64,000 bases of DNA from Deltaproteobacteria bacterium (GTDB lineage Bacteria > Desulfobacterota_D > UBA1144 > Nemesobacterales > CSP1-2). Made by a program: the position numbers and the translations under genes. The notes under the pieces were generated by a model. The model ran no database searches. It saw only the letters and a program-made list of their open reading frames with translations, and was not told the origin of the DNA. Location of the stretch: assembly GCA_052390235.1 (NCBI GenBank), contig JBQTHB010000005.1, positions 467,440 through 531,439 on the forward strand, read 5' to 3'. Shown in pieces: positions 42,527-52,865 of the stretch (the stretch's first letter is position 1; each line of letters begins with the position of its first letter).

Positions 42527-43621
42527 TTATCTGTCCTTTAGATTGCGTCTTCTGATAAATGCCGGTATGTCGGTTTCATCGTCCCTGCTGATACTGCCGA
42601 CTAAATCGCCGCCGCTTCCCACGAGCTTTGAAGCGACTTTGTTGATTTGCGTAACGCTCGCCCCTTGGATTCCCGTGGCGATGACCGTTATCCTCACGGA
42701 ATTTTTCATCGTCTCATCGAACACGAGCCCAAATATGAGATTTACGTCCTCAAACGCGCGCTCTTTGATGTAGCTACAGGCTTCGTTCAGGTCTTCGATG
42801 CCAAAATCGGGGGACGCTGTAACGTTTATTAATATTCCCTTAGCCCCGTCAATTGACAACTCTTCTAGGAGCGGGCTTGTTATCGCCGCTTCCGCCGCCT
42901 CGATTCCCTTCTTGTCCCCTTCGGCATATCCAGTTCCCATTAGGGCTTTGCCGCCGTTTTCACTCATGATGCTCTTTACGTCGGCGAAGTCAACGTTGAT
43001 GTAGCCCGTGCCGGTAATGATGTCCGAAATCCCGCGTACGGCTTGATACAGCACCTCGTCGGCTTTCTTGAATGCATCGATAATGCTGATTTTATGCACC
43101 GAGGCGAGGCGGTCGTTAGGGATGACTATCAGAGTGTCAACGTCCTTCTCAAGCCCGTCAATGCCTTGGTTCGCCTGTTTGTTTCGTCTCGGTCCCTCGA
43201 AGCCAAACGGTTTAGTTACGACCCCGACCGTAAGAGCTTTCAGTTCCTTTGAAATTTGAGCCACGAGCGGAGACGCTCCCGTGCCTGTGCCGCCTCCCAT
43301 TCCGGCGGTAATGAAGACCATGTCAGCCCCTTCGAGGGCGTCTGCGATTTTCGCCTGATCCTCTACTGCCGCCTCTCTGCCAAGCTGAGGATTACCGCCT
43401 GAGCCTAGCCCTTTGGTCGCCCTTGTGCCGATTTGAATTTTTATCGAGGCAAGGGATTTTTTTAAATCCTGAGCGTCGGTGTTGGCTACTATAAACTCAA
43501 CCCCCGTAAGTCCCCTTTCAATCATCGTATTGACGGCGTTTCCCCCGGCGCCGCCTACTCCTATCACTTTTATTTTCGCTCTCTGCTCAGTCCCCGCGTA
43601 TTCAGCCTCAAATTTTGCCAT
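42527..43621 (-). CDS. ftsZ: Cell division protein FtsZ
   Basis: [31 protein letters not shown]. Confidence 0.99.
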   Translation of the reverse strand: MAKFEAEYAGTEQRAKIKVIGVGGAGGNAVNTMIERGLTGVEFIVANTDAQDLKKSLASIKIQIGTRATKGLGSGGNPQLGREAAVEDQAKIADALEGADMVFITAGMGGGTGTGASPLVAQISKELKALTVGVVTKPFGFEGPRRNKQANQGIDGLEKDVDTLIVIPNDRLASVHKISIIDAFKKADEVLYQAVRGISDIITGTGYINVDFADVKSIMSENGGKALMGTGYAEGDKKGIEAAEAAITSPLLEELSIDGAKGILINVTASPDFGIEDLNEACSYIKERAFEDVNLIFGLVFDETMKNSVRITVIATGIQGASVTQINKVASKLVGSGGDLVGSISRDDETDIPAFIRRRNLKDR

Positions 43622-43797
43622 TGCTAACCCCTCCTATGGATGAATCCAAAATAAAACAGCGCCCTCTTGTTTTCAGTCGGTCAACGCTTCAACTGCAGGC
43701 TACGTCTCTCCATCCCCCCCATTCTCGTCTCGCGGGGCGAGATGCAACAGATGTAGCCATGCCCTCCTAATTTGGGCGAGGGAGGGCATAATTCAGA

Positions 43798-45036
43798 CTA
43801 GAAAAACTCCCGAAACCAGTTTCTCATTGTCTCAACCATCTTTTTTAATAGGCTCTCATCGCTTCCGCCGCGCGCCGATAATTTCTTATCCCCTCCCCTG
43901 AAAGCCATCCCATAGAGAATCAGCCCGACCCCCGTTGCATACACCGGGTTTGCGACTATGTCCCTAAGCCCGCCCACTTGGTGTGGAATCCCCTTTCTCA
44001 CGGGCATTCCCAGAACTTTCTCAGCAAGCTCCACCATTCCGTCCATGATTACCGTGCCGCCCGTGATGACCGCCCCTGCCGGGATGAGCCTGTGGTAGCC
44101 GGATTTTGTAATTTCCCTCTTTACCATGCTTAGAATTTCCTCTACCCTCGGCTCGATAATCATCGAAAGCTCTCGTCTGAGGACTTTTCGCGGATGCCTC
44201 CCGCCGACGCTTGCGACTTCAATTGTCTCCTCAGAGGAGACCATCTCTGGCATGGCTACACCGTGTTTTTCTTTGATTCTCTTAGCCTCGGAGATGGATG
44301 TGGAAAGCCCTAGGGCGATGTCGCGGTCAATGTGGTCGCCTCCGAGCGTCAGATTCTCTGTAAATCTGATGCTCCCGCCGCCGAATATAGCGATGTCCGT
44401 CGTGCCGCCGCCGCAGTCAATAAGAACCACTCCTATGTCTTTCTCATCTTGCATAAGCACGGCTTCGCTCGAGGCTATCTGCTCAAGGACTACATCGGCT
44501 ACTTCCATTCCTGCGCGGTGAATACATTTGACCAAATTCTGCGCCGCCGTAACCTGCCCTGTTACAATGTGAACTTTTGTCTCGAGTTTTATGCCGTAGA
44601 TGCCGACCGGGTCTTTAATCCCCGACTGGCTATCAACGATGAACTCCTGAGGGATGATATGAAGCACCTCGCGGTCTGCCGGAATGAGCAGGGCGTTTGC
44701 AGATTCTATCACGCGGTCAACGTCGCGCTTTGAGACCTCCCTGCTTCTGAGGGTTATCATACCGTGTCCCGAAATTGCCTTGATGTGTCCTCCGGCGATT
44801 CCAGCGAAGACGTTTTTTATCTCACACCCGGCCATGTGTTCCGCCTCTTCGACGGCGCGCTTGATGGACTGAACAGTGTTTTCGATATTTACTACGACCC
44901 CTCTTTTCAGCCCGTGCGAGGGGTGAGAGCCTATCCCTATAATATCTACCTCGTCCCCGTTTATCTCCCCTACGATGGCGCAAACCTTCGTTGTGCCTAT
45001 GTCAAGCCCTACGACCAAATTTGGTTCTTTACTCAT
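43798..45036 (-). CDS. ftsA: Cell division protein FtsA (start at MSKEPN)
   Basis: GLDIGTTK, D.GGGTTD, TGG, C-terminal WF.EFF. Confidence 0.97.
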   Translation of the reverse strand: MSKEPNLVVGLDIGTTKVCAIVGEINGDEVDIIGIGSHPSHGLKRGVVVNIENTVQSIKRAVEEAEHMAGCEIKNVFAGIAGGHIKAISGHGMITLRSREVSKRDVDRVIESANALLIPADREVLHIIPQEFIVDSQSGIKDPVGIYGIKLETKVHIVTGQVTAAQNLVKCIHRAGMEVADVVLEQIASSEAVLMQDEKDIGVVLIDCGGGTTDIAIFGGGSIRFTENLTLGGDHIDRDIALGLSTSISEAKRIKEKHGVAMPEMVSSEETIEVASVGGRHPRKVLRRELSMIIEPRVEEILSMVKREITKSGYHRLIPAGAVITGGTVIMDGMVELAEKVLGMPVRKGIPHQVGGLRDIVANPVYATGVGLILYGMAFRGGDKKLSARGGSDESLLKKMVETMRNWFREFF

Positions 45037-45052
45037 ATCGCCAACTGAGCCC

Positions 45053-45766
45053 TTAAAGTTTAAAATCAACTACCGCAGTAGTTTTTGAACTTATATTGAT
45101 ATATCTCTCGGTCAGGTTTATGGATCGGGAATGGATGATAATTTTCTCGACCCTGTGCCATTTCTCGGCAACGCTCTCTTTACCGAAATCTATGCGCCGC
45201 CGGTCGTTGGTAAAAACCCTGATGCCATAGACCGAGTCAACGTTTATCTCCGAGATGTCCCGCGCGCTGAGTATCTCGCTTTTTGATGAGAGTTTTATGA
45301 TGTCGAAAGCCTCGCCGAGAAGCTCCGAGTTCCATATACCTTCACCTATTAGAAGGGGAAAATCAAGACCTTCGTAAAAATTCGCCCTCCCTAGGTTTTT
45401 GCCGTTTTCGCCGATGTAGTAGGGGCGTCCGTCCTCGCCGAGTGTGAGGCACAGCGGCGAGATTTCCTCGACTTCGATAACGGCTCTGCGGGGGAATTCC
45501 TTTGTGATTTTCACATCTAAGATGCGGGGATTTTTGAGTATCAGGGCAGATGCCCTCTCCTCGGAAAAGAACGAGGCGCTAACCCCCTCTTTTAGACCTG
45601 AGCGTTTTAGGATTTCTTTTGTCGAGATTTTTCCGTTTCCGCGTATCTCGATTTCGGTTATTCTAAAAAATCTCACGTTTACGGCAAAAGCGGCGAGAAC
45701 CACGGCTGCGAACATTGCCGCGACCATCAGCGCCGTTTTCACGTTGGACTCTCTTTTCCCTGTCAA
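45053..45766 (-). CDS. ftsQ: FtsQ/DivIB
   Basis: Single N-terminal TM, POTRA-like F.I..I.I.GN..KEFP..I.V.E; between murB and ftsA. Confidence 0.85.
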   Translation of the reverse strand: MTGKRESNVKTALMVAAMFAAVVLAAFAVNVRFFRITEIEIRGNGKISTKEILKRSGLKEGVSASFFSEERASALILKNPRILDVKITKEFPRRAVIEVEEISPLCLTLGEDGRPYYIGENGKNLGRANFYEGLDFPLLIGEGIWNSELLGEAFDIIKLSSKSEILSARDISEINVDSVYGIRVFTNDRRRIDFGKESVAEKWHRVEKIIIHSRSINLTERYINISSKTTAVVDFKL

Positions 45767-46665
45767 AGCGCCTCTTTCCCTATGATTTTTACCTCGGTCT
45801 CAAGCCTCACCCCTCTCCTGGCAAGCGCCTCGGCTTTGGCAGTTTCAATTAGCGCTATAACGTCTGATGCGCGCGCGTTCGAGGCGTTCACTATGAAATT
45901 GCCGTGAAGCTCGGAGAACTTCGCTCCGCCTACGGAAAACCCCTTGAGTCCGAGTTCCTCGATGAGTTTGCCGGCGGGAATCTCATCTGGGTTCTTAAAA
46001 ATAGAGCCTGAGTTCGACATCGTAATGGGCTGGGTTTTCCCCCTCTTATCGAGATACTCTTTCACTCGCCTGCCTACCTGCGCGCCGTTTTCGGGTCGGA
46101 GCGTGAATTCTGCCCTTGTTACGGCGCACCCTTTCGGGAGGTGGCTCTTTCGATACTCGAACTTAATTTCGCCCCTCTCGAGGATAATTTCCCTGCCCTC
46201 ATGCCAAAGCCACACCGCATCGAGCGCGTCTTTTATCTCTCCTCCGTTTGCCCCTGCGTTCATGAATATCCCCCCGCCCACGGTCCCCGGAATCCCTGCC
46301 GCAAATTCAAATCCCCCGAACCCAAGCCTCATCGCCCGATTCAGAATCGCGCCGAGCATCGCCCCGGCTTCAGCGGCGACCCTGCCGTCCACTCCAATTT
46401 CAATCCCCCGAATCCGCTTCGTGCTGACTACGACCCCTTCCAATCCCCTATCGTCAATTATCGTATTAGACCCCGCCCCAAGCACTAGCGCGCGGACTTT
46501 CATCCGCCGGAGTATATCGAGAACCCGAACAAATTGCCCCTGATTCTCAGGATAAGCCACAACGTCCGCCGCGCCTCCCACGCGCATCGAGGTGTAGCGG
46601 CTCATGGCAAACCCGCTTACACACTCGCACCCGACGCGCTCAAGTTCCTGTGCGACCTCTATCAT
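45763..46665 (-). CDS. murB: UDP-N-acetylmuramate dehydrogenase
   Basis: VGG.A, G.GSN, GIPGTVGG..MNAGA, GSIFKNP, HGNFIVN. Confidence 0.96.
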   Translation of the reverse strand: MIEVAQELERVGCECVSGFAMSRYTSMRVGGAADVVAYPENQGQFVRVLDILRRMKVRALVLGAGSNTIIDDRGLEGVVVSTKRIRGIEIGVDGRVAAEAGAMLGAILNRAMRLGFGGFEFAAGIPGTVGGGIFMNAGANGGEIKDALDAVWLWHEGREIILERGEIKFEYRKSHLPKGCAVTRAEFTLRPENGAQVGRRVKEYLDKRGKTQPITMSNSGSIFKNPDEIPAGKLIEELGLKGFSVGGAKFSELHGNFIVNASNARASDVIALIETAKAEALARRGVRLETEVKIIGKEAL

Positions 46666-48029
46666 AAAATCTCCCCGACAATTCTCTCCCCGATTTTCCA
46701 CACATCTCCCGCCCCGAGCGTAAGAACCGTATCCCGCGGCTTCAGCCCTCCAGCGATGCGTCGCAGTGCCTCGTCTGCCATTAGGTACAGGGCTTTGTTC
46801 GTCCTGCCACGGTTAATCGCCTCGACTAGTATCGGGGAGTTCACGCCCTCAATAGGGGTCTCTCCTGCGGGGTAAATATCGAGGATGTAAAGCTCATCCG
46901 CGTTGTCGAATGCAGTGATGAAGTCGCTGAAAAGGAGGTGCGTTCTCGTGTATCGGTGCGGCTGAAAAATCACTACGAGCCTCCTGCCGTCGCCGGAATC
47001 CCTGAGAGCGGCAAGCGTCGCTTTTATCTCCTCGGGATGATGCCCGTAGTCGTCTATGACGGTTATCCCACTCCCTTCGCCTTTGACCTGAAGCCTCCTT
47101 TCTATCCCGCGGAACTCGCTAAGCCCCTCGCGTATTTGAGCGAAACTCATCCCAAGCTCCATTCCCACCACTACGGCGGCAAGCGAATTTTGGGCGTTGT
47201 GCCTTCCCGGAACGTTCAGCCTCACCTCGCCGAGCCTCTCCCCTTTGTAGGACACCGTGAAATTCGTCTGAAACCCCCGGACGGCTACATCCTCTGCTCG
47301 AAACGACGCATCTTGGGAAAACCCGTAGGTTACGCATCTTTTTTTGAGCTTTGGGATAATCCCTCTAATGCGGGGGCAGTCCGCGCACAGCGCCGCAAGC
47401 CCGTAGAAAGGGATCTTATTAATAAATTCCGAGAAAGCCCGCTCTAGACTCTCGATGTCTCCGTAGTGATCCATGTGTTCCCGGTCAATGTTCGTTACGA
47501 CGGCTATAACCGGCGAGAGCAGTAGGAAAGAGCCGTCGCTCTCGTCGGCTTCGACTACCATGAATTTCCCTCCGCCGAGACGGGCGTTTGTGCCTAGGGC
47601 TTTGACCTTTCCCCCCACGACGATGGTGGGGTCGAACCCTCCGAATCCCAGCACGGCTGAAACCATCGAGGTCGTAGTAGTTTTTCCGTGGCTTCCGGCA
47701 ACGGCAATGCCGTATTTAAGCCTCATAAGCTCTGCGAGCATCTCGGCCCTCGGTATGACGGGGATGTTCCTGCTCAGGGCGGCTATAACCTCAGGGTTAT
47801 CCCGTTTTACCGCCGAGGAGGTTACGACCACGTCCGCGCCGTCCACGCTCTCGGCGCGATGCCCGATGAAAACCCGCGCTCCCAGAGTTTCTAGCCTCTC
47901 CACGGTGTCAGTGCGCTTTAAATCCGAGCCGCTCACGCCGTAGCCTAAATTCAGAAGCACCTCGGCGATGCCGCTCATCCCGATGCCGCCTATGCCGGTG
48001 AAATGAATTCTCTTGATTCTTCCGTACAT
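46662..48029 (-). CDS. murC: UDP-N-acetylmuramate--L-alanine ligase
   Basis: GIGGIGMSG, GSHGKTTT, EADESD, DDYGHHP. Confidence 0.98.
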   Translation of the reverse strand: MYGRIKRIHFTGIGGIGMSGIAEVLLNLGYGVSGSDLKRTDTVERLETLGARVFIGHRAESVDGADVVVTSSAVKRDNPEVIAALSRNIPVIPRAEMLAELMRLKYGIAVAGSHGKTTTTSMVSAVLGFGGFDPTIVVGGKVKALGTNARLGGGKFMVVEADESDGSFLLLSPVIAVVTNIDREHMDHYGDIESLERAFSEFINKIPFYGLAALCADCPRIRGIIPKLKKRCVTYGFSQDASFRAEDVAVRGFQTNFTVSYKGERLGEVRLNVPGRHNAQNSLAAVVVGMELGMSFAQIREGLSEFRGIERRLQVKGEGSGITVIDDYGHHPEEIKATLAALRDSGDGRRLVVIFQPHRYTRTHLLFSDFITAFDNADELYILDIYPAGETPIEGVNSPILVEAINRGRTNKALYLMADEALRRIAGGLKPRDTVLTLGAGDVWKIGERIVGEIL

Positions 48030-48180
48030 TATGATGAAACTCCGTGCGATTTTAACCCCAAATTTTCGCGGGGCGATATATTATATCCGCAAATTCGGGA
48101 GGGCTGAAAAGTCCGCCCGAACTGCGTTTATTGATTAGGGTCGTCCGCCCGGATTGCTTAAATATTTCATTTCTCGAACT

Positions 48181-49257
48181 TCAGGCGCGCGCGAGTTTAT
48201 ATAATCTGTCAACGATGTCCCTTGCGGCATCCGGTTTTGCGAGAGCCGCCGCCTTCTCGCCCATCTGCCGGAGGTTGTCCCCTTCGAGCAATTCCCCTAT
48301 CGCCTGGGCGAGTCTCTCCGGAGTTGCGTCCCTGTCCTCGACAACCGCCGCCGCTCCTGCCCGTTGCGCCGCTCTTGCGTTTTGGAGTTGATGGTTATTC
48401 GCCGCGAACGGGTACGGCACTAGAATCGCGGGCAGTCCTGCCGCCGTAATCTCGGCTATAGTTCCAGCGCCGGCGCGTGTAATGGCTAAATCCGCCGCCA
48501 TGAGCGCATCCGCCATATTTTCGATGAAGGGCAGAACGCGGGCTTGCGCTCCCGCCAGTCTGTAGCGCTCTTTTACCTCCTCGAGGTCTCTGTGTCCTGT
48601 TTGGTGGATTACGTTGATGTCCGCCCTCTTCAGGAGCGCTATCGCCGCCGGCACGGACGCGTTAAGCGTGCCTGCCCCTTGGCTTCCCCCGAATACGAGG
48701 ACGCCCACTCCGCCGCCTATTCGCCCGCCCGCGCCCCTGCATCCGATTAAGATTTCCCTTCTTACGGGGTTTCCGGTAACGGTTGTTTTTTGAGAGGGAA
48801 AAAGTTTAACGCTCGTCTCGAAAGTCGCAAACACTCCCTTTACGAATCTTCCGAGGATGCGGTTTGTTATGCCGGGGACTGAATTCTGCTCGCATATCGC
48901 CGTCGGAATCTGAAGCGCCCACGCGGCGAGAACCGTGGGACCAGAGGCGTATCCGCCTACTCCGAGGACTACATCGGGTTTGAAGTCTCTTATAAGCCGG
49001 GCTGACTCGAAAATTCCCTTTGCGGCGGCAAGAGCGCTTCCGAGGGTTTTTATGACGCCTCCGCCGGCTATTGCGCCGGAGCTTATGAATTTAAGGCTAA
49101 AGCCCAGGCGAGGGATAATCTGCCCCTCCATCCCGCGCCTCGTCCCCACGAACAGGATTTCATTCCCCCCCCCGCCTCGCCTTAGAAATTCTTCGGCTAC
49201 GGATATTGCCGGGAAGATGTGTCCGCCCGTCCCTCCTCCGGCAATTATCAGCTTCAT
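48181..49257 (-). CDS. murG: Lipid II GlcNAc transferase
   Basis: GGGTGGHIFP, GGY, EQN, GNPVR, GGSQGA, HQ..NA. Confidence 0.98.
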   Translation of the reverse strand: MKLIIAGGGTGGHIFPAISVAEEFLRRGGGGNEILFVGTRRGMEGQIIPRLGFSLKFISSGAIAGGGVIKTLGSALAAAKGIFESARLIRDFKPDVVLGVGGYASGPTVLAAWALQIPTAICEQNSVPGITNRILGRFVKGVFATFETSVKLFPSQKTTVTGNPVRREILIGCRGAGGRIGGGVGVLVFGGSQGAGTLNASVPAAIALLKRADINVIHQTGHRDLEEVKERYRLAGAQARVLPFIENMADALMAADLAITRAGAGTIAEITAAGLPAILVPYPFAANNHQLQNARAAQRAGAAAVVEDRDATPERLAQAIGELLEGDNLRQMGEKAAALAKPDAARDIVDRLYKLARA

Positions 49258-50366
49258 TTATTGCTTCCCCTTGAGACGCTCAAAATCACCCCTACGGCGG
49301 CGAGACTGCTCACGAGAGACGACCCTCCGTAGCTGATGAAAGGGAGCGTCAGCCCTTTGGTAGGCATCAGCCCCACTGCCACAGCCATATTGATTCCCGT
49401 CTGAAGCGCGATGAGCATAGTGCATCCAAAAACCAGATAACACCCGAATAAATCCGGCGCGCGCAGAGCCACCCTCAGACACCTCGCTATTAAAAACCCG
49501 AACGCCCCTACTACAGCCGCAACCCCTACGAAGCCCAGTTCCTCGCCTATAATAGAGAAAATGAAATCCGTATGCGCCTGGGGGAGAAAAAAGAGCTTTT
49601 GAGAGCTGTCCCCAAGCCCAGCGCCTCCCAGTCCGCCAAGGCCGAATGCCACAAAGGATTGAATCACCTGATACCCTGAGCCGAGCGGGTCTTTCCACGG
49701 ATCCATGAATGCGACTATCCGCCTCATTCTGTACCCTTCGGTTAATACGGCAAGGGCTAACAGGCACGCCGAGACCACTCCGAATCCGGCGAGGTATTTC
49801 AGCTTCACGTCTCCGACAAATAGCATTCCCATCAGCATCAGCACTAAAATGAGCGTCATCCCGAAATCCGGCTGAAGGAGGATGAGAAAGATATAAATTC
49901 CCGCCGCAGTCAGGTGAGAGGCAAACCCCATGACGAAGTTCTCGACCTTGTCCCTTTTTCTTACCAGCGAGTGGGCGAGATATAAAACGAGGAGATATTT
50001 GGCAAATTCCGAGGGCTGAAAGCTCCCCAACCCCGCGTTAATCCACCGCCTCGCGCCGCTTGCCTCTATGCCCACTCCCGGCATCAGCACCGCAACGAGC
50101 AGGATGAGTCCTAAGCCGTAAGCTGGATAGACAAATTTTCTCAGCCCCTCGTAATTTGAATTCATCAGCGCGAACATGGCCGAAAATCCCACAAATAGAT
50201 ATATCGCGTGCCGTTTCAGGAAATATCCCGGATCGCCGAATTTCTCCAGAGCATATACTGAACTCGTGCTATAGACCATCAGCGTGCCGACTGTCGCAAG
50301 CGCCACAACGCATATCAGTATTGCCAAGTCGTAACCCCTCGCGCTAGTCTCGGATGTTGTCCACAA
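49254..50366 (-). CDS. ftsW: SEDS peptidoglycan polymerase FtsW (start uncertain)
   Basis: GARRWI, QPSEFAK, QPDFG, HTDFIF, P.KGLTLPFISYGGSS. Confidence 0.96.
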   Translation of the reverse strand: MWTTSETSARGYDLAILICVVALATVGTLMVYSTSSVYALEKFGDPGYFLKRHAIYLFVGFSAMFALMNSNYEGLRKFVYPAYGLGLILLVAVLMPGVGIEASGARRWINAGLGSFQPSEFAKYLLVLYLAHSLVRKRDKVENFVMGFASHLTAAGIYIFLILLQPDFGMTLILVLMLMGMLFVGDVKLKYLAGFGVVSACLLALAVLTEGYRMRRIVAFMDPWKDPLGSGYQVIQSFVAFGLGGLGGAGLGDSSQKLFFLPQAHTDFIFSIIGEELGFVGVAAVVGAFGFLIARCLRVALRAPDLFGCYLVFGCTMLIALQTGINMAVAVGLMPTKGLTLPFISYGGSSLVSSLAAVGVILSVSRGSNK

Positions 50367-51675
50367 TTTCTCTAAATCTCCTCCCTCGCTCTTCGTACGA
50401 GGCGAACATATCAAAACTCGAACACGCCGGCGATAAAAGCACGACCTCTCCTCTTTCGCCCGTTGCCGCCGCCATCTCCACTGCCTCTGCGAGCGATGCC
50501 GCCAATCGGGTTTCCGCGTCGCCTCCGAGTTCGCTCTGCATTCTAAATCTCGCCTCGCCTAGGAGAATCACGAGTTTCACCCTCTCCCTCAGGGCAGGCT
50601 TTAGGTTGCCAAAACTCACGCCCTTGTCCCTGCCTCCGGCGATGAGAATTACTCGCCCCTCGAAGCTCTCAATTGCCTTCTGGGTTGCGGCGGGCGTAGT
50701 GGATTTGGAGTCGTTATAGAATTTCACCCCTCGGATTTCCCGCAGAAATTCAATCCTGTGGGGTAGGGGCTTGAAGCCCAATATCTCGCGCAGGATAACG
50801 TCCCTCGGCGCTTCTAGCGCTCTGGCAACGGCGATAGCCGCCATGGCGTTTTCAACGTTGTGCGCCCCTAGGAGGCTCATCCCTCTCAGGTCGTATTGCT
50901 CGTCGCCGAATCTCACGAGGTTGCCGTCGAGGGTTACGCCGCCAGCCGCCGATTTTCCGAACGGGATGATTCTCGATTTTATCCCTCCGAGCCGCGCCCG
51001 CGCAGTTTCGTCGTCGGCGTTGACAATGGCAAAGTCCGAAGGGGTTTGGTTTGAAAACAGTTTTAATTTTGCGCTAACGTACTCGTCTAGGGTTTCGTGA
51101 TGGTCTAGGTGGTTTGGGGCGATATTCAGGAGCGCGCCGACGCGGGGCCTCAGGGTAGATGTCCCTTGAAGCTGAAAACTGCTAAGCTCGACAACGAGGA
51201 CGTCGAACTGCCCGTCTCGTCCGGCTATCTCAATGAGGGGTGTGCCGATGTTGCCGCCGAGAAAAACCCTCATCCCAGCGCCCTCGAGGATTCGCGCAAT
51301 GAGGGTTGAGGTCGTGGTTTTACCGTTCGAGCCTGTGATGCCCACAATTGGGGTTTTGATGAATCGGGACGCTAGCTCCACCTCGCCAATGACCTCTTTG
51401 CCCGCCCGAATGGCCTCTTGCACGGGGCAGAGGGAAAATGGCACGCCGGGGCTGAGGACAATTAAATCCGCCCCGAGGAATGTCTCGGCGCTGTGGATTC
51501 CGGCTTCGAGGCTCACCCCTAGGCTCTGAAGCCCTCTTGCCGCCTGCGAGAGCGCCTCTAGGGGGGTAATATCGCTTGCGGCGACTTTTGCTCCCCTTTC
51601 AGCGAGAAATTTCGCCGTGGCAATGCCGCTTTTCCCAAGCCCTACGACGAGTGTTTTTTTATCTCTGAGTTCCAT
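50344..51675 (-). CDS. murD: UDP-MurNAc-L-Ala--D-Glu ligase
   Basis: GLGKSG, SPGVP, TGSNGKTT, ELSSFQL, NDSKST, SPACSSFD. Confidence 0.97.
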   Translation of the reverse strand: MELRDKKTLVVGLGKSGIATAKFLAERGAKVAASDITPLEALSQAARGLQSLGVSLEAGIHSAETFLGADLIVLSPGVPFSLCPVQEAIRAGKEVIGEVELASRFIKTPIVGITGSNGKTTTSTLIARILEGAGMRVFLGGNIGTPLIEIAGRDGQFDVLVVELSSFQLQGTSTLRPRVGALLNIAPNHLDHHETLDEYVSAKLKLFSNQTPSDFAIVNADDETARARLGGIKSRIIPFGKSAAGGVTLDGNLVRFGDEQYDLRGMSLLGAHNVENAMAAIAVARALEAPRDVILREILGFKPLPHRIEFLREIRGVKFYNDSKSTTPAATQKAIESFEGRVILIAGGRDKGVSFGNLKPALRERVKLVILLGEARFRMQSELGGDAETRLAASLAEAVEMAAATGERGEVVLLSPACSSFDMFASYEERGRRFREIVDNIRD

Positions 51676-51749
51676 TTTGAATCCTTTTTTGCCATAGCGC
51701 GATGGGGCAGAGGTTAGCCCAATAAAACCCTTAGCCCGGAAATTTACGG

Positions 51750-52859
51750 TTATCTCAGTTTCAGAGTCGAGAGGGCGGCAATCGAGAGTAGAAGTGAAAC
51801 TATCCAGAACCGGATGACCACTTTCGATTCTGCCCATCCGCTAAGCTCGAAGTGGTGGTGAAGGGGAGCCATCCTGAAAACCCTTTTTTTCGTGAGTTTG
51901 AACGATACCACTTGAATAATGACCGAAACCGCCTCCATTACGAAAAGCCCGCCTACGAGAACTAGCAACACCTCTTGCTTGATCATGATCGCCACCGAGC
52001 CTATGGCCGCCCCAAGGGCAAGCGACCCCACGTCCCCCATGAATACCTCCGCAGGGTGGGAGTTATACCACAGAAATCCAAGCGCCGCCCCCGCCACAGC
52101 CGACAAAAATACGGCAAGCTCCCCGCCGTCCGCAATGTAGGGAATCTGTAGGTATCTTGAGAACTCGGCGTGTCCCGAAAGGTAGGCGAACACGATGTAG
52201 GTCGCCGCCGATACGGTTATCGAGCCTATGGCAAGTCCATCGAGCCCGTCCGTGAGGTTCACGGCGTTTGAAGACCCCGCGACGACGAGTATCGCAAATA
52301 GAACATAGAGCCAGCCAAAATCCAGAACGGCGCGCTTGACGAACGGGAGAATGACCGATGTAAACGGATAATAGGAAATTTCATCAATCCGCGTGGACAT
52401 GGTAAACCCCTTTTTCTCCAGTAGCATCATCCCAACTATGACCGCTCCGAGTCCGAGTTGCAGCAGGAATTTAGACCTCGCCGTCATCCCCTTCCCGCGC
52501 GAGAGTTTCAGCCAGTCGTCTCTGAAACCTATCATCCCGTAGCCTACGGTAAAGAGAAGCACAAACCACACTGAAACGCTTCCCAAGTTCGCCCAAAGAA
52601 ACGTTGACAGCGCTATCGAGGCGACGATGAACACCCCTCCCATTGTGGGAGTGCCGGCTTTGGCTTTGTGCCTGTCGGGGCCGTCTCCCCTGATTTTCTC
52701 CCCAAACTGCCTCTCGCGCAGAAACTCGATAAACCGCCTGCCGAGAAATATGCTCACCACAAAAGCCGTAATCCCCGCGCCAAACGAGCGGAAGGTTATG
52801 TACTTAAAAATATTTAAGAATATAAATTCGTCCCTTAGTAGATAGAGAAAATAGAGCAT
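51750..52859 (-). CDS. mraY: Phospho-N-acetylmuramoyl-pentapeptide transferase
   Basis: K.GTPTMGG, NAVNLTDGLDGL, FMGDVGS, MAPLHHHFE. Confidence 0.98.
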   Translation of the reverse strand: MLYFLYLLRDEFIFLNIFKYITFRSFGAGITAFVVSIFLGRRFIEFLRERQFGEKIRGDGPDRHKAKAGTPTMGGVFIVASIALSTFLWANLGSVSVWFVLLFTVGYGMIGFRDDWLKLSRGKGMTARSKFLLQLGLGAVIVGMMLLEKKGFTMSTRIDEISYYPFTSVILPFVKRAVLDFGWLYVLFAILVVAGSSNAVNLTDGLDGLAIGSITVSAATYIVFAYLSGHAEFSRYLQIPYIADGGELAVFLSAVAGAALGFLWYNSHPAEVFMGDVGSLALGAAIGSVAIMIKQEVLLVLVGGLFVMEAVSVIIQVVSFKLTKKRVFRMAPLHHHFELSGWAESKVVIRFWIVSLLLSIAALSTLKLR

Positions 52860-52865
52860 TTTATC

